Below are positions 15,995 to 24,212 of a stretch of 28,837 nucleotides of DNA, in pieces. The translations under genes were made by a program, and so were the position numbers. Source of the DNA: a virus (Duplodnaviria; Caudoviricetes); IMG/VR virus record IMGVR_UViG_3300025124_000032, positions 1 to 28,837 of that record, one strand, 5' to 3'. The notes beneath the pieces were generated by a model. It ran no database searches. It was not told the DNA's origin and saw only the letters and a program-made list of their open reading frames with translations. The stretch's first letter is position 1, and every line of letters starts with the position of its first letter.

Positions 15995-16062
15995 GCAATT
16001 ACAAATTACAAATTTAAAAAAAAATATTCACTGGTAACTGATAACTGGTTACTGATAACTGA
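15995..16062. repeat. Heptamer repeats (AATTACA; ACTGRTW x5)
   Basis: AATTACA AATTACA AATT; ACTGGTA ACTGATA ACTGGTT ACTGATA ACTGA. Confidence 0.8.
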
Positions 16063-16071
16063 AAATAAATT

Positions 16072-16950
16072 ATGCCATTAAATGTAGAATACTTTTCAGA
16101 CCGAATTGCTGAAGAACTTTTTAGTGATGACGAACTAATCACAAGAGGTAATGACGATAGTATTTGGGTAGAGGGAACGGCAGTAAACAAACCACAGTCG
16201 GGAAGTGGTATTGTAGTCGTAAAAGATAGAAATACCTACCCTGCGACCGCAGTGCGTAGAACGGATGCAAACTTACGCTATACCCTGCACGAGTTTACAA
16301 CAAACCCAAGTCATATTCCTGATGCTGAAGAATCAGTTACAAATTATAATAAAGCCGTTTCTATCATTGGACAACATACCAAAACGATAAGAGAACAAAT
16401 CGGTGATTATGTTTTGACTGAATGGGCAGGGGGTGCAGTCTTTCGTACAAGTGGGGCTGCTGATGACAATGGTAAATCGCAAATTGTAATCTCTGATATC
16501 ATCGATGTTGCAAAGCGTTTTGATATAGATAAAGTGCCGATGAAAGATAGGTTCTTGGTAATGACACCTACTTTATATTATCAGCTTTTCGGAATTGATG
16601 CTTTAATCAAAATGGATGTAATGGGCAAAACTACTCTTCCTACTGGTGTTGTGAATCAGCTTTTAGGGTTTAATATTTTGATGCGCCCAAGAACTGTAAT
16701 TTATACCAATGCAGTTACTCCTCTAAAAGTTGCTTACGATACTGCAAAAGGAGCAGAAGACAACGAAGGAATCATTGCTTTTCAAAAGGAAATGGTTTGT
16801 TACGCAAAAGGCGAAATCAAACTATTTGAAAATGTAGATGATGCGCTTTACTATGGTAGTGTTTATTCTACTTTGGTTCGTTTGGGAGCTGCAAAGGAAC
16901 GCACAGATGAAAAGGGAGTTGCTGTTATCCTTCAAAAAGATGCAGCCTAA
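16072..16950 (+). CDS. Major capsid protein
   Basis: 292 aa directly after protease/scaffold; KVPMKDRFLVMTP and GVVNQLLGFNI patterns typical of HK97-fold capsids. Confidence 0.85.
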   Translation: MPLNVEYFSDRIAEELFSDDELITRGNDDSIWVEGTAVNKPQSGSGIVVVKDRNTYPATAVRRTDANLRYTLHEFTTNPSHIPDAEESVTNYNKAVSIIGQHTKTIREQIGDYVLTEWAGGAVFRTSGAADDNGKSQIVISDIIDVAKRFDIDKVPMKDRFLVMTPTLYYQLFGIDALIKMDVMGKTTLPTGVVNQLLGFNILMRPRTVIYTNAVTPLKVAYDTAKGAEDNEGIIAFQKEMVCYAKGEIKLFENVDDALYYGSVYSTLVRLGAAKERTDEKGVAVILQKDAA

Positions 16951-17012
16951 TTAATTAATAATGGATAATTGAAAATTAATAATTATCCATTTTCAATTTT
17001 CAATTATCCATT
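16951..17012. repeat. Heptamer-based inverted repeat after the capsid gene
   Basis: AATGGATAATTGAAAATT (16960-16977) pairs with AATTTTCAATTATCCATT (16995-17012). Confidence 0.85.
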
Positions 17013-17015
17013 GAC

Positions 17016-17312
17016 ATGAAAGAAGCCTTAGAATTTATCGGTTTTGGTAATTTGATTACGATACTTTTGGTTTTGTTTAATATGATTTGGCACTACTCAA
17101 ATGTAAGTCATCGTATTGAAAAGTTAGAAGAAAAAACTGACGAGCAAAAGACAAAACATATCGAAAACGATACTGAAAAAAAAACGATTTTGTCGGAATT
17201 GCAAAAGATACGAGAATGGCAAATTCAACGAGACGCCAAAGACAGTGTTATTAGTGATTTTACAAAGTCAAATCAAGACATTATTGAGGCAATTAAAAGC
17301 CTTAAAAAGTAA
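17016..17312 (+). CDS. Single-TM coiled-coil protein, putative holin
   Basis: N-terminal TM (FIGFGNLITILLVLFNMIW) then coiled coil; start of the lysis cluster. Confidence 0.55.
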   Translation: MKEALEFIGFGNLITILLVLFNMIWHYSNVSHRIEKLEEKTDEQKTKHIENDTEKKTILSELQKIREWQIQRDAKDSVISDFTKSNQDIIEAIKSLKK

Positions 17313-17369
17313 ATTTTCAATCTGTATTTATTTAGTATTCATTTATTCATCAAATAACTTTCAACCGTT

Positions 17370-17801
17370 ATGAAAAATTTTCTTGTAAAATATGTATTCG
17401 GATTTATTACTGCTCTTATCGCCTCTGTCGGTGATACGATTGCAGAAAATGCAAACTTGTTTGTCAATATTGTTAAGGATATTGGCTTGGCTCTTATTGA
17501 TGGTAACCCAGATAATAAAGCACAATTAAAAGCTATTATCAAAAAATATCGACCACAACTGATTGAGCTTTTGTTTGGGCTTTTGAGAGAGGAAGCTGAG
17601 GAGCATCTCGCTGCAAAAGGTGCAAGTTTGGGCGAAATGGAAAAACAAATGATTTTGGCACAACCCGAAATTATGGCACTCACTAGGAACGAATACACAA
17701 AAGAAAATCCCAACTTTCAGACTATGTTAGAAACCGTTTTAACAGAAAAAAAAAGTACGGAATATCCTTATCTAGTGGGGTTGACAGTTCCGATAGTTTA
17801 G
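17370..17801 (+). CDS. Lysis-cluster protein with hydrophobic N-terminus; probable N-terminal partner of a frameshift fusion to the amidase
   Basis: MKNFLVKYVFGFITALIASVG; A9 run at 17746-17754. Confidence 0.7.
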   Translation: MKNFLVKYVFGFITALIASVGDTIAENANLFVNIVKDIGLALIDGNPDNKAQLKAIIKKYRPQLIELLFGLLREEAEEHLAAKGASLGEMEKQMILAQPEIMALTRNEYTKENPNFQTMLETVLTEKKSTEYPYLVGLTVPIV

Positions 17802-17805
17802 AGCG

Positions 17806-17872
17806 AATAGGGACGAGGGACGAGGAAATAGGGACGAGTAATCACAACCCACATTCCACGCCTCACGCCCCT
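17806..17872. repeat. G-rich/C-rich heptamer array inside the linker upstream of the amidase
   Basis: TAGGGAC GAGGGAC GAGGAAA TAGGGAC GAG ... CCCACAT TCCACGC CTCACGC CCC. Confidence 0.75.
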
Positions 17873-17881
17873 ATCAACAAA

Positions 17882-18358
17882 ACACGCATTGAAAACATCA
17901 TGGTGCATTGTGCAGCTTCAACCCCAAATGCGACAGCGCAGGATATACAAGCGTATTTCTTGCGTTCGGTTGCAAAAGGAGGTAGAGGTTGGTCTAAAGG
18001 TGGTTATGCAATGATTATAGAATGGGACGGAAAAGCCGTAAACCTATATGATGATGAATTTCCTACCAATGGCGTAAAGGCGTATAAAGGAATTTCTAAT
18101 TCTAACACGTTGCACATTTGTGTAACTGGAGGCAGAACAGAAGGCGAAATTAGTGCAGCTCAAAAAGCAACATTAACAAAGTTACTTTTGAACAAAGTGG
18201 AAAAATACCCACACGCAAAAGTATTAGGTCATAATCAAGTTGCCGTTAAAGCCTGTCCAAATTTTGATGCAAGGCGTTTTGCTAAAGGCATTGGAATAGA
18301 AGACAAAAATATATTTTGGGAGGATTATTACGAAATAGCTACTAAAATGAAAAGTTAA
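17882..18358 (+). CDS. N-acetylmuramoyl-L-alanine amidase (T7 lysozyme/Amidase_2-like endolysin domain)
   Basis: TRIENIMVHCAAS, GWSKGGY, VLGHNQVAVKACPNFD Zn-ligand motifs; the domain begins upstream of ATG 17900 and the frame is open back past 17702. Confidence 0.9.
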   Translation, partial: TRIENIMVHCAASTPNATAQDIQAYFLRSVAKGGRGWSKGGYAMIIEWDGKAVNLYDDEFPTNGVKAYKGISNSNTLHICVTGGRTEGEISAAQKATLTKLLLNKVEKYPHAKVLGHNQVAVKACPNFDARRFAKGIGIEDKNIFWEDYYEIATKMKS

Positions 18359-18428
18359 GGAAATAGGAAATGGAGATTGGGGAATGGGTAATTTCCCAAT
18401 CCCTAATCCCTAATTCCCAATCCCTAAT
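18357..18428. repeat. Heptamer inverted array
   Basis: AGGAAAT AGGAAAT GGAGATT GGGGAAT GGGTAAT then TTCCCAA TCCCTAA TCCCTAA TTCCCAA TCCCTAA. Confidence 0.85.
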
Positions 18429-18431
18429 ACG

Positions 18432-18956
18432 ATGATTAAAGAACTCTATAAAGCCCTCTCTGAAAGACTAGCAACGATTACGGAAATAAAGTCTATTGAC
18501 TTATTCCGTAATCAATTTCAGACTTGGAAAGATGAAACGGTTTACGAATTTCCTTTAGCGTTTTTGAAGTTTGATTGTGATTTTCAGAACCGAACCCAAA
18601 ACACACAAACAGGAACGGCACGCATAAAAGTCTATGTAGCGACTTCGTTTATGGGAGATACACGAGAAGGTAGTGCAACGCAAGATACAGGTTTACAATG
18701 TTTTGATATTGCACAACTTGTTCACGAAGCATTACAAGGATTTCAAGGCGAGTTTTTTAGTGCTTTAAGTCGTACCAATTTGAATCAAGATGAAAGCCCT
18801 AATTCTAGTTATACTATTGTACAAGACTATGAATGTGAGTTTATAGATATAAGTACAAGTATTGCAAAAGATAGAATTCCTGTAAATCCAGACTTATTAT
18901 TAAATACAACAACAACACCAGTACGAAGTATCAGAATTGACAATCCAAACAGCTGA
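18432..18956 (+). CDS. Tail terminator/completion protein (Mu gp37-like)
   Basis: IKSIDLFRNQF...FPLAFLKF...VHEALQGF pattern; precedes the sheath. Confidence 0.7.
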   Translation: MIKELYKALSERLATITEIKSIDLFRNQFQTWKDETVYEFPLAFLKFDCDFQNRTQNTQTGTARIKVYVATSFMGDTREGSATQDTGLQCFDIAQLVHEALQGFQGEFFSALSRTNLNQDESPNSSYTIVQDYECEFIDISTSIAKDRIPVNPDLLLNTTTTPVRSIRIDNPNS

Positions 18957-18962
18957 TAACTT

Positions 18963-18986
18963 GTACAGACGCACAGCCGTGCGTTT
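18963..18986. repeat. REP-like palindrome family B
   Basis: GTACAGACGCAC-AGCC-GTGCGTTT. Confidence 0.8.
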
Positions 18987-19002
18987 AATAAATAACTGAC
19001 TT

Positions 19003-20181
19003 ATGGCAGAAATTATTTTTGAAAGAACAGACGGAAATTTAGGACGTTTGCCAGCAAGTGAAGATGCTACTTCGGGTCTATTGATTTACGATTTAGACAC
19101 CACAGAAACACGAATTGTAACTACCAACGTAAAAGATGCCGAAACACAATTAGGCCCTACACTTTGGGAAAAATACAAACAATTCGTAATTGATTTCTTT
19201 GCAATACAACCGAGTGCAACACTTTATATTGATGTTTATGAGCCTACTGTTTTTCCGACTTTTACGGAAATCATAGACTTACAACGTTTTGCAGAAGGAA
19301 AAATTAGACAATTAGGAATTGTTTTGATTGGAGATGTGAGTTATCAAATGTTTCTTACTGATATTGTAGTAACAGACACACATATTACGGCAATGCAAAC
19401 ACAAGCCGATGTGCTTCGTGCCGAACATATGCCTTTGCAAATTATCTATGCAGGGCATACCAATTCGTTTGCTACTCTTTCAAGTTTTCCTGACTGTCGT
19501 ACTTTTTCTAGTTCTGATGTTTCGGTTTGTATTGTTGCTCCTCAAAAAGTCATTACAGGCGATTCACTTACGAATGTTTCTTTTTTGCCTCGTGTGGGTA
19601 TTGCCTTGGGAGCTGTCGCTTATTCGCAAGTTCACGAAAATATCGGCTGGGTAGCAAATATCAATATTGCTAATTTGGAAGGAATGAATTCGCCTCAAAT
19701 TGCTATCAATAGTTTGACTACTTCGGTTTCTAGTTTGTCAGATATGGACCTAAAAAACCTTACTGACAAAGGCTACATTTTCGCAAAAAAATATATTGGT
19801 CTTAGTGGTTCTTTTTTGAACGATGCACCAACTTGTACGGCTCTCACTTCTGATTTTGCATACATAGAAAACAACAGAACACTTGATAAAGCAATTCGAC
19901 AAACACGAATTTTGCTTTTGCCTTCTCTTAATTCGCCTGTTTTATTGAATCCTGACGGCACACTTACGGCAAAAGATATAAGCCGTTTTAGTGTTCTTTC
20001 AAGAAAAGCATTAGAACAAATGCAGCGAGATGGTGAAGTTTCTAATTTCTATGTTTTTATTGACCCAAATCAAAATGTACTTTCTACTTCTGAAATAGAA
20101 ATTGAGATGAGCGTACAGCCTGTTGGTGTGGCAAGAAAACTGAATGTTAAGATTGGTTTTGCTGCAAACCTTATTTCGTAA
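19003..20181 (+). CDS. Tail sheath protein (DUF2586-like)
   Basis: VHENIGWV, DKGYIF, SDFAYIENNRTLDKAIR, IDPNQNVLST, PVGVARK motifs. Confidence 0.9.
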   Translation: MAEIIFERTDGNLGRLPASEDATSGLLIYDLDTTETRIVTTNVKDAETQLGPTLWEKYKQFVIDFFAIQPSATLYIDVYEPTVFPTFTEIIDLQRFAEGKIRQLGIVLIGDVSYQMFLTDIVVTDTHITAMQTQADVLRAEHMPLQIIYAGHTNSFATLSSFPDCRTFSSSDVSVCIVAPQKVITGDSLTNVSFLPRVGIALGAVAYSQVHENIGWVANINIANLEGMNSPQIAINSLTTSVSSLSDMDLKNLTDKGYIFAKKYIGLSGSFLNDAPTCTALTSDFAYIENNRTLDKAIRQTRILLLPSLNSPVLLNPDGTLTAKDISRFSVLSRKALEQMQRDGEVSNFYVFIDPNQNVLSTSEIEIEMSVQPVGVARKLNVKIGFAANLIS

Positions 20182-20320
20182 AGCCACACCGTCGTGTGGC
20201 TACAATGTGTGGCTAATAATCACAATCACAAACGCACGACGGTGCATTATCACAAACGCACGACGGTGCATTTCTACAATGTGTGGCTCATATCACAAAC
20301 GCACGACGGTGCATTTCTAC
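20181..20320. repeat. Family B palindrome cluster with tandem duplications
   Basis: AGCCACACCGTCGTGTGGCT, three ATCACAAACGCACGACGGTGCATT units, two CTACAATGTGTGGCT units. Confidence 0.85.
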
Positions 20321-20329
20321 TATAAAATT

Positions 20330-20767
20330 ATGGCACAACCTTTAATAAATGGCAACTTATACAGTTGGTCGCAAATTGAACTTAGCATTGCAGGTTTAGA
20401 TATTTACGGTGTTACAAGTATTGAATACACCGAAGAAGAAGAAACCGAAATGATTTACGGAGCAGGTAATCGCCCTGTTGGTAGAGCAAAAGGAAATATC
20501 ACTTCGGAAGGTTCGGTAACGCTGCAAATGGAGGAGATACAACGCTTACAAGATTCTTCTACTTCTGGTAGGTTGCAAGATATTGAGCCTTTTTCTGTAA
20601 TCGTTGCTTACTTAAAGCCTAACGGCGATGTTGTAACGGACACATTACGAGAGTGTGTATTCGTAAATAATGGGCGTTCTATTTCGCAAAATGATAAATC
20701 CGTAGAACAGGATTTGACATTAAGCATCGGCTTTATTGAATGGAATAGCAATCCTATCATTTCATAA
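20330..20767 (+). CDS. Tail tube protein
   Basis: MAQPLINGNLYSW...IYGAGNRPVGRAKGN..EGSVTL; follows the sheath; the ORF-track upstream extension is only repeat DNA. Confidence 0.88.
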   Translation: MAQPLINGNLYSWSQIELSIAGLDIYGVTSIEYTEEEETEMIYGAGNRPVGRAKGNITSEGSVTLQMEEIQRLQDSSTSGRLQDIEPFSVIVAYLKPNGDVVTDTLRECVFVNNGRSISQNDKSVEQDLTLSIGFIEWNSNPIIS

Positions 20768-20795
20768 AATACCTTTTAAAATCATTTCAAAAACC

Positions 20796-20848
20796 GTACA
20801 TACGCACAGTCGTGCGTATCTAACTAGACACACGACTGTGTGTTTCTA
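20796..20848. repeat. Inverted pair of family B palindromes (REPIN-like)
   Basis: GTACATACGCACAGTCGTGCGTATCTA then TAGACACACGACTGTGTGTTTCTA. Confidence 0.8.
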
Positions 20849-20862
20849 ACTCTATTTATAAA

Positions 20863-21159
20863 ATGGAAAATCAAGATAAAAAAGCAAAAGAATTAGGCGC
20901 AGTTTTTCAAGTAGAAGTCGAAGTATCTGAAAATGATATAGCAAAAGGCTATTTGAGAAAACCTACTCGTAATCAAATGTCAGCAGCTTTAGCACTTTCT
21001 CAAGACCCTATACGAAGTGATGAAGTGTTATTGAAAGCCTGTTTGATAAAAGAAGTTTCGGACGAAAGGCTCATTACCAACGATGATTGTTTTATGGCTG
21101 TTCGTATGCAACTTTCTAAACTCATTGAAATCAAACAAGCAAGCATAAAAAAGCTATAA
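20863..21159 (+). CDS. Tail assembly chaperone (short, gpG-like form)
   Basis: GYLRKPTR motif; ends ...ASIKKL; lies between tube and tape measure. Confidence 0.85.
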   Translation: MENQDKKAKELGAVFQVEVEVSENDIAKGYLRKPTRNQMSAALALSQDPIRSDEVLLKACLIKEVSDERLITNDDCFMAVRMQLSKLIEIKQASIKKL

Positions 21160-21338
21160 ATAACGCAAGTCCGTTGCCACTAAAAAGTAGAGATTGGTCA
21201 GAAGAAATACGAAGGCGAAATACACTGATTCGTCATTATTTACATCTGAATCCAGATACATTAAGTGATAAAGAATGGGCTTTGCGTTGGGAAGAAACCG
21301 TTTTTTTGATACAGTTTTTGGGTGGAAAATCTAATTAG
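21147..21338 (+). CDS. -1 frameshift extension of the tail assembly chaperone (gpGT-like, 158 aa total)
   Basis: A_AAA_AAG at 21147-21153; -1 frame open, reading AINNASP...IRHYLHLNPDTLSDKEWALRWEETVFLIQFLGGKSN*. Confidence 0.85.
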   Translation, partial: KKAINNASPLPLKSRDWSEEIRRRNTLIRHYLHLNPDTLSDKEWALRWEETVFLIQFLGGKSN

Positions 21339-21520
21339 TTCAAACCTATAAGGTTTTCATAAACCTTATGGTTTAAAAGTACTAATAACACAAAAACACC
21401 TAACAAAGAAAGAATATAGATAAGGTTATTTTTTTTAGAATAGCCTTTGAAGATTCTAAAAAAGACAACAATGCTTCCTAAAAAAAGCAGCAAAGAAAGT
21501 AAAATTTGTAGTAGTTCCAT
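21335..21520 (-). CDS. Small two-TM membrane protein (moron-like, antisense)
   Basis: 61 aa, two hydrophobic helices, exactly filling the gap between chaperone and tape measure; its 3' end contains family C palindrome 21342-21374. Confidence 0.55.
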   Translation of the reverse strand: MELLQILLSLLLFLGSIVVFFRIFKGYSKKNNLIYILSLLGVFVLLVLLNHKVYENLIGLN

Positions 21521-21555
21521 CGTATTTTTTATACGTACAAAACCCTAAAAAGTTT

Positions 21556-23610
21556 ATGCAAGATTATCAATTAGTCTTACAGATTATCGATAAAGCTACG
21601 CCTGCACTCTCAAAAGTGCAGCAATCGGCTATGCAAACCAGTAAGGGAGTTGAGAGAGTAGAAAAAAGCGTAAAACAAACAAACTCAACCGTTCAAAATT
21701 CCTTATCTGGGCTGAAAGGATATGCAGCAGCCTTGGGTGGAATGTTTGCAGCTACTCAATTACTTTCTTTTGGTCGTGATGTGGTACAAGTGGGTAGTAA
21801 TTTTGAGGCTGCTATGTCTAATGTAAAAGCCGTTTCGGCAGCTACTGGAGTTGAAATGGAGCTTTTGAAAGATAAAGCAAAAGAACTCGGCTCTACTACT
21901 CAATTTTCGGCTACTCAAAGTGCAGAAGCCTTGGGTTTTATGGCAATGGCAGGTATGAAGGCAAATGAAAGTATAACGGCTTTACCTTCCGTTTTGAATT
22001 TGGCTGCTGCTGGTGGTATTGATTTGGGTAGAGCTGCTGATATTGCTACCAATGCAATGAGTGGGTATGGGTTTGGAGTTTCTGAATTAGGACGTGTAAA
22101 TGACGTTTTTTCAAAAACTATCACGACTGCAAATGTAGATATGTCTATGTTGGCAGAATCCTTCAAATATGTTGCTCCACTTGCCAAACAGGCAGGTTGG
22201 CAGTTTGAAGAAGTTTCTGCTGCTATTGGAATAATGGCAGATGCAGGTATTCAGGGTTCAATGGCTGGCACAGCGTTGCGTGGTGCAATTTCTTCTTTAT
22301 TGAAACCCTCAAAAGAAGCTCAAAAGGAGCTTAACAGATTGAAGGTTTCGCCAGTAGACAAAAAAGGTAATTTAAAGTCTTTGGATACCATCTTAACAGA
22401 GCTTCAAAAAAACGGAGCAAGTACAAAAGACTTATTTACCCTCTTTGGAGCAGAGGGAGCTAGTGCAATGGCTGTTTTGATGGAAAGCACAAAAGGAGGC
22501 GAAAAATCATTACACTCTTATACTGAAACGCTCAAAAACTCAAAAGGAACGGCAGAACAAATAGCCAAAACAAAAACCGAAAACTTTGCAGGTTCGGTCA
22601 AAAACTTAGAATCTGCAATGGAAGGATTAAAAATTGAGATTTTTGAAGCCGTTTCACCTGCTTTGGGTTTGTTTGTTAATGATATGACTGGTGCTATTCA
22701 GTCTGATCAAAGTTGGATAACGAGTTTGAAAAGTGGTGTAGAATGGATACGTAGCAACTGGACTTTCATAACAGATTCTTTCAAAGGAGCTGCTGTAGTG
22801 ATAGGCATTGCAACGGCTGCTGTTTTGGCCCTCAATACGGCTCTTTGGTTAAATCCTGCTGTATGGATAGCTGCTGCCGTCATTGGTTTGGCTGCTGCTG
22901 TGGGTTATGCCTATGCAGAATTTGAAACGTTTAGGGCTGTTGCTTGGGCTACTTGGGGAGTTTTGGAAGCCGTTTTTAGTAACATTTGGACGGCAGGAAA
23001 ACAGGCTATTGGTGGTACAATGCAGCTTATTGGTGGTTTGGTAGATGCCTTTAAGGCATTGATGGACGGTGATTTTCAGAAGGCTGGTGCAGCTATTTTG
23101 AAAGCACAGGAAGGAATACAACAGGCTGTTATCGGAACGGCAAAACTGGCAATGCCTACCTTGCTTATTGATGAGAAAGTAGTAGGAGCTGCTATAGAGG
23201 GTTTTGGAAAAGGCAAAAAAGACTTCCAAAAAAGTCAAGATGCTCGTTTTGATGAAATGGATAATGCTGCTGTTCGTGCTTATCAAAATAAGCAATTAGA
23301 AGAACAAAAAAAGGCAGCGTTAGAAAAACAAAAAAATGCAGCAACTACATTAGACCCAACAAAAAATCCGACACTAGACCCAACTGCACCTACTAAGGAT
23401 TTGGCTACTAATCAAAATAATAAAGAAATGGGTGGCAGTAGTAGTGTAAGCTCAACAGCCCCCAAAAACTTTACTATTACGATTGGAAATTTAGTAGAAA
23501 ACTTAACGATTTCTACAACGAACTTAAAAGAAGGTGCAGGAGAAATAAAACGTGCCGTTTCAGAGGTTTTGGCAAATGCCGTAAATGATTCACAATTAGT
23601 AATTGATTGA
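21556..23610 (+). CDS. Tail tape measure protein (TP901-type core)
   Basis: FEAAMSNVKAV, AKELGSTTQFSATQSAEA, AGIQGSMAGTALR, NPAVWIAAAV. Confidence 0.95.
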   Translation: MQDYQLVLQIIDKATPALSKVQQSAMQTSKGVERVEKSVKQTNSTVQNSLSGLKGYAAALGGMFAATQLLSFGRDVVQVGSNFEAAMSNVKAVSAATGVEMELLKDKAKELGSTTQFSATQSAEALGFMAMAGMKANESITALPSVLNLAAAGGIDLGRAADIATNAMSGYGFGVSELGRVNDVFSKTITTANVDMSMLAESFKYVAPLAKQAGWQFEEVSAAIGIMADAGIQGSMAGTALRGAISSLLKPSKEAQKELNRLKVSPVDKKGNLKSLDTILTELQKNGASTKDLFTLFGAEGASAMAVLMESTKGGEKSLHSYTETLKNSKGTAEQIAKTKTENFAGSVKNLESAMEGLKIEIFEAVSPALGLFVNDMTGAIQSDQSWITSLKSGVEWIRSNWTFITDSFKGAAVVIGIATAAVLALNTALWLNPAVWIAAAVIGLAAAVGYAYAEFETFRAVAWATWGVLEAVFSNIWTAGKQAIGGTMQLIGGLVDAFKALMDGDFQKAGAAILKAQEGIQQAVIGTAKLAMPTLLIDEKVVGAAIEGFGKGKKDFQKSQDARFDEMDNAAVRAYQNKQLEEQKKAALEKQKNAATTLDPTKNPTLDPTAPTKDLATNQNNKEMGGSSSVSSTAPKNFTITIGNLVENLTISTTNLKEGAGEIKRAVSEVLANAVNDSQLVID

Positions 23611-24116
23611 TAGATACGCACCGTCGTGCGTATCAAATTGATAGGAAAGCAAGTATGAAAAGTAAATTAGGAACGCCGATATACGCACCTTTGACAATAA
23701 AAAAAGGTAGCTACGATACAAGAACTGACACCATCAATTATGATGAGGTTGTTTTGGATAACGCCTTGGTAGATATTTCTATGTCAAAAAACATAGTCAA
23801 AACTGCTATTCAAGGTAGAAAAGGAACAGTAAAAGAGTATGTTAGTCTTGGCGATTATGTGATTAATATTAGTGGTTCTATCATTTCGGATAATCAAAAG
23901 GAATATCCTGAAATTGAAGTAAAAGCACTCGAAAAAATAGTGATTGCTCCTATTAGTTTGCAAGTGGTTTGTGAGACTTTGAATAGATTAGGAATCTATG
24001 AGATTGTAATTGAATCTTATAATTTTCCTACTAAACAAGGTTTTATTGGTACGCAAGTATATAGTATTTCTGCAATTAGTGATGAACCTATTGAACTTAA
24101 TAATGGCGAAATATAA
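23607..24116 (+). CDS. Tail tube initiator/baseplate hub-associated protein (DUF6046-like); start may be ATG 23655
   Basis: KNIVKTAIQGRKGTVKEYVSLGDYVINISG motif, directly after the tape measure gene. Confidence 0.75.
   Translation: MIDTHRRAYQIDRKASMKSKLGTPIYAPLTIKKGSYDTRTDTINYDEVVLDNALVDISMSKNIVKTAIQGRKGTVKEYVSLGDYVINISGSIISDNQKEYPEIEVKALEKIVIAPISLQVVCETLNRLGIYEIVIESYNFPTKQGFIGTQVYSISAISDEPIELNNGEI
23611..23636. repeat. Family B palindrome
   Basis: GATACGCAC-CGTC-GTGCGTATC immediately after the tape measure stop. Confidence 0.8.
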
Positions 24117-24119
24117 TGA

Positions 24120-24200
24120 ATAGGAATTAGGAAATAGGAATTAGGAAATAGGAATTAGGAAATAGGTAATTACCCAATTCCTAATACCCAATTCCTAATA
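24120..24200. repeat. Heptamer inverted array
   Basis: (TAGGAAT TAGGAAA)x3 TAGGTAA then TACCCAA TTCCTAA TACCCAA TTCCTAA TA. Confidence 0.9.
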
Positions 24201-24212
24201 TCCTCAACTACT

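Noticed and set aside
17175-17190. A9 run (GAA AAA AAA ACG) in the putative holin as another frameshift site
   Set aside because: No domain boundary, no clear stimulatory hairpin and no meaningful -1 product; A runs are common here, which also tempers the other slip-site calls
20181-20320. CRISPR array
   Set aside because: Repeats are adjacent or separated by repeated sequence rather than unique equal-length spacers; no cas genes
20144-20329. N-terminal extension of the tail tube ORF
   Set aside because: Overlaps the sheath end and consists of palindromic repeats; ATG 20330 has a proper A-rich leader
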